Positions 48,663-59,708 of a DNA stretch of 64,000 nucleotides are shown here, one piece after another; positions within the stretch are counted from its first letter, which is position 1; each line of letters starts with the position of its first letter. The position numbers were made by a program, and so were the translations under genes. Source of the DNA: an uncultured Clostridium sp. (GTDB lineage Bacteria; Bacillota; Clostridia; TANB77; CAG-508); NCBI GenBank assembly GCA_964618105.1, contig CAZUAJ010000001.1, positions 24,896-88,895 of the forward strand, written 5' to 3'. The notes beneath the pieces are model-generated. The model did not search any database. It was not told where the DNA came from and worked only from the letters and a program-made list of their open reading frames with translations.

Positions 48663-49262
48663 TTACATTGAATCTTTAAACAATTCTTTTCCGTTTTTTA
48701 CATATTCCCAACCTGAAAATACGGTAGCTACTACTGATACACTCATAATTAAAGTAACTAATAAGTTAATTACAAACTCATAGCCTGTTAATTTTCCATA
48801 AAAAATAGTACCATAAGAATTAATATCAATAAAAGCTAAAATAACTGCTACCATTTGTGTTACAGTTTTTATTTTTCCCCACATATTTGCAGCAATTACA
48901 TTTCCTTCTTTTTGTACTGCAATTAGTCTATAACCAGAAACAACAAATTCCCTAAATATTACTATAATTGGAATCCATGCAGGTAAATGTCCAAATTCGA
49001 CTAACATAACCATTGCAGCAATTACTACAATTTTATCTGCAATTGGGTCCAAAAATTTTCCGAATGTTGTTATTTGATTTCTTGTTCTTGCAATATGCCC
49101 ATCAAGTTTATCAGTAATTGCAGCTATTATAAATATTAAATCTATTAGTAAATATGTAATTGGTATTTCATGTATTTCTCCTTCAATTCCTAAAAATGGG
49201 ATTATTACCATTATTGGTACTAATATAATTCTTAATATTGTTAATTTGTTTGGTAAATTCAT
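48663..49262 (-). CDS. pgsA: CDP-diacylglycerol--glycerol-3-phosphate 3-phosphatidyltransferase
   Basis: DKLDGHIAR...G...DPIADK CDP-alcohol phosphatidyltransferase motif. Confidence 0.8.
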   Translation of the reverse strand: MNLPNKLTILRIILVPIMVIIPFLGIEGEIHEIPITYLLIDLIFIIAAITDKLDGHIARTRNQITTFGKFLDPIADKIVVIAAMVMLVEFGHLPAWIPIIVIFREFVVSGYRLIAVQKEGNVIAANMWGKIKTVTQMVAVILAFIDINSYGTIFYGKLTGYEFVINLLVTLIMSVSVVATVFSGWEYVKNGKELFKDSM

Positions 49263-49432
49263 CTTATCCTCCTCTTACAAAATAACATTTATTTTCTTGA
49301 TGCACGGTTCAATGTTGTATAAGTCAATATCTTCGTTTTTTCCTATGCAATAAAAAATGTACTAATTTACTTAGTACATTATATATTTTTATTTCAAAAA
49401 AATAAATAGAAAAATTAAATTTTATATAAATT

Positions 49433-50314
49433 TTACGCTCTTGGATGTGCTTTTTTGTATATGTCTTTTAGACCTGAATTTTGAAATTGCATATATACTT
49501 GTGTTGAAGATATATCTGAATGTCCAAGCATTGTTTGAATTGCTTTTAAATCTGCTCCATTTTGTAGTAAATGTGTTGCAAATGAATGTCTTAATACGTG
49601 TGGTGTTATGTCTTTTGTTATATGTGCTTGATCTTTATAATATTTTACAATTTTCCAAAATCCTTGTCTTGTTAGTCTTTTTCCATTAACATTAACAAAC
49701 AAAGATCTTTCCTTATCGTTTTTTATTAATATTGGTCTAGCTTCTTCCATATATTCTTTTAATGCTCTTAAAGATAATGTTCCAAGTGGAATATTTCTTT
49801 GTTTTGAACCAGATTGACAAATTACATATCCTTCTTCAAGATTTATATTCTCTATGTTTAAATTTATTATTTCTGTTACTTTCATACCGGTAGCATAGGC
49901 AAATTCCAACATTGCTTTATCTCTTGTACCTTTTAAGTCAACAGATTTTGGTTGTTCTAATAATAATTCCACTTCTTGTGCTGTAAGAACACTAGGAGTT
50001 CTTTTTTCTATTTTAGGTGATTGTACATCTTCTGTTGGATCAAATTTTATTTTTTTATTTCTAATTAAAAATTGATAAAAAGATCTTATTGATGCTAAAT
50101 TTCTAGATATTGTAGAAGCTTTTTTTCCTATTTGTTTTAAATAATTTAGATAGGTTTTTATATCTTCTTTTGATACTTTTACATAATTTATTTTGCTTTC
50201 TTCAATATAGCTTTGGTATTGTAAAATATCTCTTTTGTATGATTGTAAAGTGTTCTCTGACATTTTTTTTTCATTTTGTAAAAATTCTAAAAAAAGTTTA
50301 ATTTGTTTTTCCAT
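49433..50314 (-). CDS. Tyrosine recombinase XerC/XerD family
   Basis: RHSFATHLLQNGADLKAIQTMLGHSDISSTQVY. Confidence 0.8.
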   Translation of the reverse strand: MEKQIKLFLEFLQNEKKMSENTLQSYKRDILQYQSYIEESKINYVKVSKEDIKTYLNYLKQIGKKASTISRNLASIRSFYQFLIRNKKIKFDPTEDVQSPKIEKRTPSVLTAQEVELLLEQPKSVDLKGTRDKAMLEFAYATGMKVTEIINLNIENINLEEGYVICQSGSKQRNIPLGTLSLRALKEYMEEARPILIKNDKERSLFVNVNGKRLTRQGFWKIVKYYKDQAHITKDITPHVLRHSFATHLLQNGADLKAIQTMLGHSDISSTQVYMQFQNSGLKDIYKKAHPRA

Positions 50315-50432
50315 TTTTAGCTCCCCTATCTTGTATTTTTTAATATTTTAGAATATATCATATTGATTTACATAAGTTATATCAAAATAATTACAAAATG
50401 TAAATAGCTTTATTCAATTTTTTGATATTATT

Positions 50433-51089
50433 TTAAAAATATGATATACACATTAACAATAAATTTGTTGATAAATATGTTTCTATAATTGATGAAATTA
50501 TAAGTAATAATAGTAAAATAAACGAAAATAAAGTATGCCTTATAATTTCTATTTTTATGTTTTCTCTCCTTTTGTCTTTTAATATTGATTTATATAGTTT
50601 TATGCCACTTACAGCAAGTGCAATAACAGATGGAATAAATATTAAATTTTGTAATATTACACTTGTAGCTAAAAAAAGTGTGCCTTTTCCTGTTCCTAGT
50701 ATGCTTACAATTACAGATGTAGTATATCCAAAACAAAATCCCCTAAAAGCTACTATTCCTATAACTATTGGTATTCCAACAACAGTAGAACCCATAAACC
50801 ACATAATTAAAACTAATATAGAATTGTTTTTTAACGACTTGTTTAAAAGGTTAGAACTATTTATATTTTTATTTTCTTTTAATGATGTTATAAAATTTTC
50901 TAAATAATTTTGTATATCTTTTATTTGATTTTCTCCTAGGTTGTTTACAAATATTACACCTAGTATAATTCCTATAAGCATAATAATCGAAACTATTATA
51001 TATGCCTTAAGGTTTTCTCTTATATGATTTTTTATTATTTGGGCAAATTTTGATGTTTTCTTGTGTGTTTTTTTCATTTTAAACCTCAT
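50433..51089 (-). CDS. spoIIM: Stage II sporulation protein M-like membrane protein
   Basis: Five TM helices, about 210 aa, next to xerD. Confidence 0.5.
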   Translation of the reverse strand: MRFKMKKTHKKTSKFAQIIKNHIRENLKAYIIVSIIMLIGIILGVIFVNNLGENQIKDIQNYLENFITSLKENKNINSSNLLNKSLKNNSILVLIMWFMGSTVVGIPIVIGIVAFRGFCFGYTTSVIVSILGTGKGTLFLATSVILQNLIFIPSVIALAVSGIKLYKSILKDKRRENIKIEIIRHTLFSFILLLLLIISSIIETYLSTNLLLMCISYF

Positions 51090-51150
51090 TTCATTGTAAG
51101 TATTTATACATAATGTCTATTCAATAAAATGAAATTTAGAACTAATTAAA

Positions 51151-52344
51151 TTATCCTACAGTTAGTTTGCCATATACACCGCCACCGCCAGATTGAATAC
51201 TTGCCTTTCCTTCTCTTGCATTTACTATCGTTTTTGCCACTTTTTCCCCAACAACAGCTTCAATATCATCTTCTGATAATTTGTGTAAAATATTCATTTC
51301 TGTTTCAAAAGTATCTAACAGTTTATCTATTGTTTTGTTGCCCAACCCTGGTATAAATGTAAGTGGTACTTGATATATGTATGGTGGTCTATTTGCAGGA
51401 CTTATGCTTTTTTGTTTATCTCTAATATCCACTATTCTGTCTTCTACCCCCATTGTAATATTTGTGCTATGACAAATTGGACATTCAAATATTGGTGGAT
51501 TACCTTCTATTGGTTTGTCGCAAGTTTCACAATATGTTCTGTGATACTTACCAAGTTTTGGATCTAATCCATAATTACATACTATTTTTCTGCCATCTTC
51601 GTTTTTTAAAGCCTTTAATAATTCTTTAAATGAAATATCTTCTACTAATATTTTATTATATTCTCTTGCAATTTTAGGTAAAGAATGTGCATCTGAGTTT
51701 GTTATGAACGTACGTGTTTCTAGCTCTGATATTTGGTCTGCAAGCTCTGTGTCTGCACTTAACCCTAATTCTATTGCAAATATTTTGCTAAATTTTTCTT
51801 TAAAAATTCTTTCTAAACGGCTTGTACAATTTCCATAAAAACTCTTATGTGGTGTAAAAGCATGTGCTGGTATTAGTACTCCATTAAATTTTTCTACAAT
51901 ATCAACCAATTCATAAGCTGATATACATGCTCTTTGCGAACTTAAAGTTATGTTTTTTATGTATTTACTCATTTCTTTCGAAAAGCTTTTTATATCTATT
52001 AAACTTGGAAAATAACATAAATTGTGTGCACTGCCTGTTTTTCCATTATCATTTATTTCTGATGTTTCTATTTCACTTCCCAAAATTATACACACTTTAT
52101 CTTTATATATTATTCCACCATCTTCTATTTCATAAGCTTCACCAGTTTTCAAAAATTCTTCTATATCTTCTATAACATAAGGTGATGCACAATCAATAAT
52201 TCCAACTATTTGTATTCCTTTTCTTTCAGCACATTCTTTTGCTATATTAGCAAAGTTTAAGCTTCTAGCTGCTGTTATTTTTATTGGTTTACCTTTTTCA
52301 CTTCTTCCTATATGTACATGTAAGTCTGCAAACATTTCTTGCAT
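51151..52344 (-). CDS. PHP-domain protein (TIGR00375 / endonuclease Q-like) with C-terminal zinc ribbon
   Basis: ADLHVHIG N-terminus, CxxC...CxxC, poly-G tail. Confidence 0.5.
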   Translation of the reverse strand: MQEMFADLHVHIGRSEKGKPIKITAARSLNFANIAKECAERKGIQIVGIIDCASPYVIEDIEEFLKTGEAYEIEDGGIIYKDKVCIILGSEIETSEINDNGKTGSAHNLCYFPSLIDIKSFSKEMSKYIKNITLSSQRACISAYELVDIVEKFNGVLIPAHAFTPHKSFYGNCTSRLERIFKEKFSKIFAIELGLSADTELADQISELETRTFITNSDAHSLPKIAREYNKILVEDISFKELLKALKNEDGRKIVCNYGLDPKLGKYHRTYCETCDKPIEGNPPIFECPICHSTNITMGVEDRIVDIRDKQKSISPANRPPYIYQVPLTFIPGLGNKTIDKLLDTFETEMNILHKLSEDDIEAVVGEKVAKTIVNAREGKASIQSGGGGVYGKLTVG

Positions 52345-52459
52345 CTCAAATCCCTTTCCTTTCTTGTTAATTATTTATTAATCAACAGCGAATTCACAAC
52401 CCTAAAAAAAGATTGGTATATATAGCCAATCTTTTTAGCTTTTATCTTTTGTATAAAAA

Positions 52460-52693
52460 TTATTCTCCTATTTCACGATTCATTTCTTTACGAATATCAT
52501 CACCAGTTACTATTGTTCTGTTGTTTCCTTTTGAATTAGTAATTGTTTCTTTTTGTATTGCGTGCTCTCTAATAGCATCTTTGGTAATTCTATCTATAAT
52601 TACCATTGCCTTTATAGCATCAACATTATTAGCCACCATATCATCATTTATTCTGTCTGCAGCGTCTTGAATAGCTGGTTTCAACTGTTTCAT
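52460..52693 (-). CDS. Hypothetical small protein
   Basis: ORF. Confidence 0.3.
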   Translation of the reverse strand: MKQLKPAIQDAADRINDDMVANNVDAIKAMVIIDRITKDAIREHAIQKETITNSKGNNRTIVTGDDIRKEMNREIGE

Positions 52694-53229
52694 ACTAGTA
52701 CCTCCTGCATTTCATTTACAAAATTTTTAAATTGTTTCAAATATCTATTATTTTTATCTTTTAAATTTCTGTATTCAAGTAGCACTAATGCTTCATCAAC
52801 TTTAAAGGCTATTCTTTCTGGTCTATCCAAAAGCATGCCGCCAAAATTGTCAACCAATTCTAACACATCACTTTCTTTTTCTCTTGGTAAACTACCACTG
52901 TATCTATTAACTTCTTCACATATCTTGCAAAATCTATTTGAAAATCCTAATTCGGCCAAATACTCTGCACCATCTTTAGCATAAGCTTTTATTTGTTCCA
53001 AATCACGTGGAGAATTACTTTTTTTGCAATTGCACAATAAGCATGCTGTCAAAACAAGGTTTTTATCTAAATCAATATCTGTGTTTTCTAAAAATATTTT
53101 TGCCAAATATGTTTTAAATACAACAGATTTATCAAAGAATATCCCTGTTTTCAGCTGTAAATAATGCATTATTTCCATTTTCTTTATCCAATCTTTTTCA
53201 GATAAAATATAATCTGCAAAAGTTTCCAT
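52690..53229 (-). CDS. Hypothetical protein
   Basis: Start moved to METFADY with RBS AGAAGGGGAG. Confidence 0.35.
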   Translation of the reverse strand: METFADYILSEKDWIKKMEIMHYLQLKTGIFFDKSVVFKTYLAKIFLENTDIDLDKNLVLTACLLCNCKKSNSPRDLEQIKAYAKDGAEYLAELGFSNRFCKICEEVNRYSGSLPREKESDVLELVDNFGGMLLDRPERIAFKVDEALVLLEYRNLKDKNNRYLKQFKNFVNEMQEVLV

Positions 53230-53377
53230 GTAACTTGCTCCCCTTCTGGAATTTTCTTGAGTAAATAAATTAAGTATTTTTCTATTTAGATTATATGTTA
53301 ATTTGTTTCTTATTTCAATATTGTTATAGAATTGTAATAAAAATGTAAAGAAAATGTAATAAAGCAATAATCTATAA

Positions 53378-53956
53378 CTATTGCTTTATTTTACCTAATA
53401 ATTTCTCAATTTGTATTTCAAGTGAAGTATTATTAATAATCACATAATCACATTCTTTTATATAAAATTCATTTGATTGTTGTGCATTAAGTCTTGCAAG
53501 TGCATGTTCTTTTTCAATTCCATCTCTTTTTATAATTCTTTGTATTTGTATTTCTTTATTCTCAGAAACAACAGCAATAGTATAATCACATAAATTTTTC
53601 ATTTTTGCTTCTATAAGGAGTGGTGCATCTATAGCAATTATTTTATTATTACTTTCAATTATCTGCTCTTTTATTTCTTTTTTTATATATTTAAAAGTAA
53701 TTTTATTCAACTTGTTCCTTTTTTCTTCTTCAGCATAAATAATATTAGCTAATTTTTTTCTATCTAATTCTCCATTATCCAACAAAATTTCATTTCCAAA
53801 CTTTTTCACAATTTCGTTTAAATACTTTGTTCCTTTTTTTGATAAATTTCTTGCTATTTTGTCAGCATTAATAGTTTTTGAATTATATTTTTTTTCTAAT
53901 ATTTCACATACTGTACTTTTTCCAGCTCCCGAGCTTCCTGTAATTCCTATAATCAT
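53378..53956 (-). CDS. coaE: Dephospho-CoA kinase
   Basis: MIIGITGSSGAGKST P-loop. Confidence 0.85.
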   Translation of the reverse strand: MIIGITGSSGAGKSTVCEILEKKYNSKTINADKIARNLSKKGTKYLNEIVKKFGNEILLDNGELDRKKLANIIYAEEEKRNKLNKITFKYIKKEIKEQIIESNNKIIAIDAPLLIEAKMKNLCDYTIAVVSENKEIQIQRIIKRDGIEKEHALARLNAQQSNEFYIKECDYVIINNTSLEIQIEKLLGKIKQ

Positions 53957-53961
53957 TCACT

Positions 53962-55209
53962 TTACCCCTTTAAATCTGATACAGTTACAATTTTTTTAGT
54001 ATAATCTAAGTTTGCTATTGAGTCTTTTTCATATCCAATAGTATATACATTTGTTGCAAAAATATCAGTTTCTAGCATTTCTTTTAATTGTCTATTTTTG
54101 TTATTTTCTATAAAATCTTTAACAGAAGTAACTAAATTTATTTTTGGATTTCTTACATTTATTTCTGAAATTAATTTTTTGCCTTTTTCACTATAACCTA
54201 ATATTCTTGTATATGGTATTATTTTTTTTGCTGTTTCCATTTTCTTTTTGTTTATATCAAGCAATGTATACATTAATATTCTTTGAATTCTAGTTTGCGT
54301 ATATCTTTTAGATTTAATCATATTTACTAAATCTATTATATTATTGCAAGAATTAGCCGCATTTTTTATAACATTCTCTAACCCTTCTGATACATCTGGA
54401 ATTTTTTTTATTTCTTCTACTGACATTTTTCTTAGAATATATATAATTTCCTTTTGAAATTTTGATAAATCTAATACATAATGTCCTTTACTTAATTCTT
54501 CTGTTAGTAAATTATATGATGTTCTAGGAATAACCTTAGTAATATCTCCAAATTGTTTGCATGCAATCATTTTACGTATTGCAGTTGCACTTGCAAAGTC
54601 ATCTACAATAAATTCATCATTATATAAAACTTTTTCTCTTCTTATTCCAATAGGTCTTAATGGACTTTTTAGCTTTTTTATTGCTTTTAAGTATTCTATT
54701 GCTAGTATATTGTTTGAACCATTTAAAACATTTGCATATCGTTTTATATCATTTAGGTACATCATTAAAGCATTTTCTCTTGCTTTTGGAAATGATACTC
54801 CTTTGCTTAATTCATGGTTTAGCATTGTAACATATTCTCTTGGTTCTTGATATAAAACATTTGCAATGTTATTTAATGTTGCTAAATCTTTTGCTTCTAT
54901 TCCAAAAGAAAGTGTATCAACAATTCCAAGTGAATCTAATATTTTTATGGCACCTTCCGCAAAATTTTCCGCACTAGATGTTGCATATATAGTTGGTAAT
55001 TCTATTATCAAATCCGCCCCTTGAGCAATTGCCATTTTAGTTTTAGTCCATTTATCTATAATAGAAGTGTTACCTCTTTGTACAAAATTCCCTGAAATTA
55101 CACAAATTACATATTCAGCATCTGTTTGTTCTACAGATTCTTTTATATGATACAAGTGTCCATTATGAAATGGATTATATTCTGCAATAATTCCAAGTAC
55201 TCTGCTCAT
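53962..55209 (-). CDS. tmcAL: tRNA(Met) cytidine acetate ligase (UPF0348 nucleotidyltransferase)
   Basis: GIIAEYNPFHNGHLYHI HxGH motif. Confidence 0.75.
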   Translation of the reverse strand: MSRVLGIIAEYNPFHNGHLYHIKESVEQTDAEYVICVISGNFVQRGNTSIIDKWTKTKMAIAQGADLIIELPTIYATSSAENFAEGAIKILDSLGIVDTLSFGIEAKDLATLNNIANVLYQEPREYVTMLNHELSKGVSFPKARENALMMYLNDIKRYANVLNGSNNILAIEYLKAIKKLKSPLRPIGIRREKVLYNDEFIVDDFASATAIRKMIACKQFGDITKVIPRTSYNLLTEELSKGHYVLDLSKFQKEIIYILRKMSVEEIKKIPDVSEGLENVIKNAANSCNNIIDLVNMIKSKRYTQTRIQRILMYTLLDINKKKMETAKKIIPYTRILGYSEKGKKLISEINVRNPKINLVTSVKDFIENNKNRQLKEMLETDIFATNVYTIGYEKDSIANLDYTKKIVTVSDLKG

Positions 55210-55309
55210 TTTTTACACCTCTTTTTCTATTTTATTGTTGACTATCTCTAACTTATGATATAATATCATAAAAAGTAATAATTTACAATGTATAAAGGAG
55301 AATTTATTG

Positions 55310-55744
55310 ATGGACGAAGTTACAATTTATACAGATGGTGCTTGTAGTGGAAATCCTGGTCCTGGTGGATGGGGTTCAATTTTAATGATTGGCAAAAATA
55401 AAAAGGAAATTTCAGGCGGCAAAAAGGATACAACAAATAATGTAATGGAATTAACTGCTGTAATTGAAGCTTTAAAGCTTTTAAAAAGGCCTTGTAAAGT
55501 TAATTTATATAGTGATAGTGCTTATGTTGTAAATGCTTTTCTGCAAAATTGGATTTTTGGTTGGATTAAAAATGGTTGGAAAAATTCTAACAAAGAAGAA
55601 GTTAAAAATAAAGAACTTTGGCAAGAATTAATTAGCCTAACAAAAATTCATACTGTTACTTTCCATAAGGTAAAAGGGCACGCTGATAATCCTTATAATA
55701 ATCGCTGTGATGAGCTTGCACGTAATGCAATCAAAAAATTATAA
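55310..55744 (+). CDS. rnhA: Ribonuclease HI
   Basis: [17 protein letters not shown]; ATG 55310 with RBS AAGGAG. Confidence 0.85.
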   Translation: MDEVTIYTDGACSGNPGPGGWGSILMIGKNKKEISGGKKDTTNNVMELTAVIEALKLLKRPCKVNLYSDSAYVVNAFLQNWIFGWIKNGWKNSNKEEVKNKELWQELISLTKIHTVTFHKVKGHADNPYNNRCDELARNAIKKL

Positions 55745-55813
55745 TTTTTTGATTGTAGCTGAACAATATAATACGTTGTTTATATCCATAAACAACGTAT
55801 TTCTTTTGCATTT

Positions 55814-56602
55814 TTAATTATATTTTTTAAATTTTGCTTTAACTTCTTCTGCTTTTTGAGATAAATCTTCTTTTATCTCTTCTGCTTTATTTTCTAAATC
55901 CTCTTTAATTTCTTGCGTTTTTTGTTTTATTTGTTCTCTTCGTTCTTTTAATATGGCTCTAAATTCAGGAAAGGCATTTATTAATCTTCTGTTTAAAATA
56001 GATTTGCCTTTTAAGAATTCTCTTACTTTTTTTGATATTTCATCTGTACTGTCTTTTGGATTTTCTTTATCAAATTTCTTAGTAGCTTTTCTAACGTTAG
56101 ATATTACATTAAATGAAATCGTTATGTCTGTAGCAAATATTAAAGCTAAAATTATAGCTATAATATTTAATGTTATATCAGGTATTTTTTCTATAGTTGC
56201 AAATACAAATGGATTTAGTACATAAATTAAAAGTAATCCTAATAGTCCAAAAGGAATTATTGTTTCTAAACACACTCTTCCATTTATATTGAATTTATTT
56301 TTACTATAATCCCACCAACGTGCATTAAATATTTTTTCCATTAAATAGCTTGTTAAATATTCTAAAATACCGCAAATTAATATTGCTGTACTAAATAATG
56401 CTACTGGATGATTTGATAAATTTGATAATGTTAATGTTATTAAAAGTCCACCACAGCCATATATTGGACAGTATGTTCCTATTAAAAAACCTCTATTTGA
56501 GAATTTGTGTTTTTGCACTAATTGCAATGTTACTTCTATGGTCCATCCTAACATTGCTAAAATTATAAAATATAAAAAATAAGTACTTATACTGTATTGC
56601 AT
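55814..56602 (-). CDS. Polytopic membrane protein with K/E-rich C-terminal tail
   Basis: Start at MQYSIS with RBS AAGGAGAAA. Confidence 0.4.
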   Translation of the reverse strand: MQYSISTYFLYFIILAMLGWTIEVTLQLVQKHKFSNRGFLIGTYCPIYGCGGLLITLTLSNLSNHPVALFSTAILICGILEYLTSYLMEKIFNARWWDYSKNKFNINGRVCLETIIPFGLLGLLLIYVLNPFVFATIEKIPDITLNIIAIILALIFATDITISFNVISNVRKATKKFDKENPKDSTDEISKKVREFLKGKSILNRRLINAFPEFRAILKERREQIKQKTQEIKEDLENKAEEIKEDLSQKAEEVKAKFKKYN

Positions 56603-56633
56603 ACTTTTTTCTCCTTTTCTCAAGTTGTCAATG

Positions 56634-58589
56634 TCATAACATTTTTTCAAGTTCTTTTATTTTATCACGTACATCTGCCGCCTTTTCAAATTCCATTTCT
56701 GCAGCATATTTAAGCATTTCATCTGTTAATTTATTTATTATACTTTGTAGGTCTTCTTCCTTATCTAATTTGTATTCTTCCTGAATATCTGCAACATAAC
56801 TTGCTTTAATTGTATCTCTAATTGATTTTTGTATTGTTTGTGGTGTTATTCCATGTTCTTTATTATAATTTATTTGTATTGCACGTCTTCTATTTGTTTC
56901 ACTTATTGCTTTTTCCATACTTTCTGTTAATTCATCAGCATACATTATAACTTTTCCATCTGTATTTCTTGCAGCACGCCCTATAGTTTGTATTAATGAA
57001 CGCTCAGAACGTAAAAAGCCTTCTTTGTCTGCATCTAATATTGCTACTAATGAAACTTCTGGTATATCTAAACCTTCTCTTAAAAGGTTTATTCCAACAA
57101 GTACATCAAATTCGCCAAGTCTTAGGTCACGTATAATTTCCATTCTTTCTAATGCTTTAATATCTGAGTGCATATATTTTACTTTTATATCTAAACTTGC
57201 CAAATATGCTGTTAGGTCTTCTGCCATTTTTTTTGTTAATGTAGTTACTAATACTCTTTCATGTTTTTCAACTCTTTCGTGTATTTGTTCAATTAAATCA
57301 TCTATTTGATTTGTAACTGGCTTAACATCTATTTTAGGATCTAACAAACCTGTTGGTCTAATAATTTGCTCAACAATATTTTCTTTTGAATGTTCTTTTT
57401 CGTATTCTGCTGGGGTGGCACTAACAAATACAACTTGATTTATTCTTTGTTCAAATTCTTCAAATTTTAGTGGTCTATTGTCAAATGCTGATGGTAACCT
57501 AAAACCATAATTTACAAGTGATTCTTTTCTTGCTCTATCTCCATTATACATTGCTCTAACTTGTGGCACTGTAGCATGTGATTCGTCTATTAGTAACAAA
57601 AAGTCTTTTGGAAAATAATCAAATAAAGTATATGGACTACTTCCTGGCTCCCTACCACTTATATGTCTTGAATAATTTTCTATTCCTTGGCAAAAACCAG
57701 TTTCGCGCATCATTTCAATATCAAAATTCGTTCTTTCTTCTATTCTTTGTGCTTCTATTAGCTTATTATTTTCTTTAAAATATTTTACTCTTTCTTCTAA
57801 TTCTTCTTGAATTGTTACTATAGCTTTTTCCATTTTTTCTGCTGTTGTTGCATAGTGTGAGTTTGGGAATATCATAATATGTTGTCTTGTACTAAGTGCT
57901 TTTCCTGTTAATGGGTTTATTTCTGATATTTTTTCAACTTCATCTCCCCAAAATTCAACTCTTATAGCTGTTTCACTTTGGTCTGATGGATAAATTTCTA
58001 CAATATCTCCTTTTGCTCTAAATGTTCCTCTTTTAAATTCAAGCTCACTTCTAGTGTATTGCATATTTATAAGCTTTTTTAGAACTATATTTCTTTCAAT
58101 TTTCATACCAGGTCTTAAAGAAACCGTTAAATTTTCGTAATCTATTGGATCTCCTAACCCATAAATACATGAAACTGATGCAACTATTATTGTATCTCTT
58201 GTTTCAAATAATGATGCTGTTGCAGAATGACGCAATTTATCTATTTCATCATTTATAGATGCGTCTTTTTCAATATACGTATCTGATTGTGGTATATATG
58301 CTTCTGGTTGATAATAGTCGTAATATGAAACAAAATACTCAACATTATTATTTGGAAAAAACTCTTTAAATTCGGAATATAGTTGTCCTGCTAGAGTTTT
58401 ATTATGTGCCAAAATAAGTGTTGGCTTTTGTACTTTTTGTATTATATTGGCCATTGTAAAAGTTTTACCAGAGCCTGTAACACCAAGTAAAGTTTGAAAT
58501 TTCTTACCTTCATTTATTCCTTTTACTAAATAGTCTATTGCCTGTGGCTGGTCGCCTGTTGGCTTAAATTCTGATACTAATTCAAACAT
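56634..58589 (-). CDS. uvrB: Excinuclease ABC subunit B
   Basis: [10 protein letters not shown] Walker A, helicase motifs, UVR C-terminal domain; start at MFELV. Confidence 0.9.
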   Translation of the reverse strand: MFELVSEFKPTGDQPQAIDYLVKGINEGKKFQTLLGVTGSGKTFTMANIIQKVQKPTLILAHNKTLAGQLYSEFKEFFPNNNVEYFVSYYDYYQPEAYIPQSDTYIEKDASINDEIDKLRHSATASLFETRDTIIVASVSCIYGLGDPIDYENLTVSLRPGMKIERNIVLKKLINMQYTRSELEFKRGTFRAKGDIVEIYPSDQSETAIRVEFWGDEVEKISEINPLTGKALSTRQHIMIFPNSHYATTAEKMEKAIVTIQEELEERVKYFKENNKLIEAQRIEERTNFDIEMMRETGFCQGIENYSRHISGREPGSSPYTLFDYFPKDFLLLIDESHATVPQVRAMYNGDRARKESLVNYGFRLPSAFDNRPLKFEEFEQRINQVVFVSATPAEYEKEHSKENIVEQIIRPTGLLDPKIDVKPVTNQIDDLIEQIHERVEKHERVLVTTLTKKMAEDLTAYLASLDIKVKYMHSDIKALERMEIIRDLRLGEFDVLVGINLLREGLDIPEVSLVAILDADKEGFLRSERSLIQTIGRAARNTDGKVIMYADELTESMEKAISETNRRRAIQINYNKEHGITPQTIQKSIRDTIKASYVADIQEEYKLDKEEDLQSIINKLTDEMLKYAAEMEFEKAADVRDKIKELEKML

Positions 58590-58623
58590 ATTTTTCTCCT
58601 CAATATGTACCACTATTTACTGC

Positions 58624-59508
58624 CTAGTGGTGATGATGGTGTGAATGGTTTTCATTTTTTACATTACATTTTTTATTTTCACATTTTTCGTTTTCTTCTT
58701 CTAGTTCAATGGTTGTATGTTCAATTCCATGTTCTGCTAGTTTCTCTTTCACGTTGTGTTTTATTTCTTTAAAGTCGCCTTTTGCAATCAAGTGCATAGT
58801 TGCATAATTAGTATAACCATCAACACTACGAATATGAATATGGTGTACATCTTTAACACCGTTTATTTTTAATAAATGCTCTTTTATTTCTATTATATTA
58901 ATGCCTTTAGGAGTTTTTTCTAAGAACAAATCTACAATATCTTTTAATGTTTTTAGTGCATTTACTAATATAAATATTGCTACTGCAATAGAAAGAATTG
59001 GATCTATCAATTTAATATCTGTAAATCTCATTATAATTGCACCAATAAGTACAACTGCCCAACCTAAAACATCTTCTAACATATGCAAATTTACTGACTT
59101 TTGATTTAATGAATCTCCTTCTCTTGTAAAATATGCTGCTACAAAGTTAATGCTTACTCCTAGTATAGCAAATATAATCATACCATTATAGTTTATTTCT
59201 ACTGGATTAATTATTCTTTGAACTGCATTATAAATAACTAATACTGAGCCAAGCATTAATATAAATGTTGTTATTAAGCTGCCTAGTACAGAATATCTTA
59301 TATAACCATAAGTATATTTATCATCTGGTTTTTGTTTACTTTTCTTTTCTAAAAAGTAAGATACTCCTATGCTCATTGCATCACCCATATCATGAATAGA
59401 GTCTGAAATTATAGCTACACTATTAGTTATAGTACCACCTATAAATTCTAATATTGAAAATAGTAAATTCAATAAAAATGCAATTAATATATTTTTTTCT
59501 GTTTTCAT
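58624..59508 (-). CDS. Cation diffusion facilitator (CzcD-like) with His-rich tail
   Basis: 6 TM plus C-terminal domain, ends HSHHHHH. Confidence 0.8.
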   Translation of the reverse strand: MKTEKNILIAFLLNLLFSILEFIGGTITNSVAIISDSIHDMGDAMSIGVSYFLEKKSKQKPDDKYTYGYIRYSVLGSLITTFILMLGSVLVIYNAVQRIINPVEINYNGMIIFAILGVSINFVAAYFTREGDSLNQKSVNLHMLEDVLGWAVVLIGAIIMRFTDIKLIDPILSIAVAIFILVNALKTLKDIVDLFLEKTPKGINIIEIKEHLLKINGVKDVHHIHIRSVDGYTNYATMHLIAKGDFKEIKHNVKEKLAEHGIEHTTIELEEENEKCENKKCNVKNENHSHHHHH

Positions 59509-59626
59509 TTTTTCACCTCTTTGACCATTATATACCTATAAAAATATTTTGTAAATGTCTTTTTTTCTAAAAAAGGGGAATTTTATCAAGTACAATTTTG
59601 TAATATTTAATGAAATTAGCATATTC

Positions 59627-59676
59627 TTAAAAGCATAAAAAGCAGACTATTAAGCTACCATTCGCTTATAGTCTAC
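59627..59676 (-). terminator. Terminator downstream of the symporter gene
   Basis: GTAGACTAT...ATAGTCTGC then TTTTTATGCTTTT on the minus strand. Confidence 0.45.
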
Positions 59677-59708
59677 CTATTACTTACTACTCAAAAATTA
59701 TTATATCC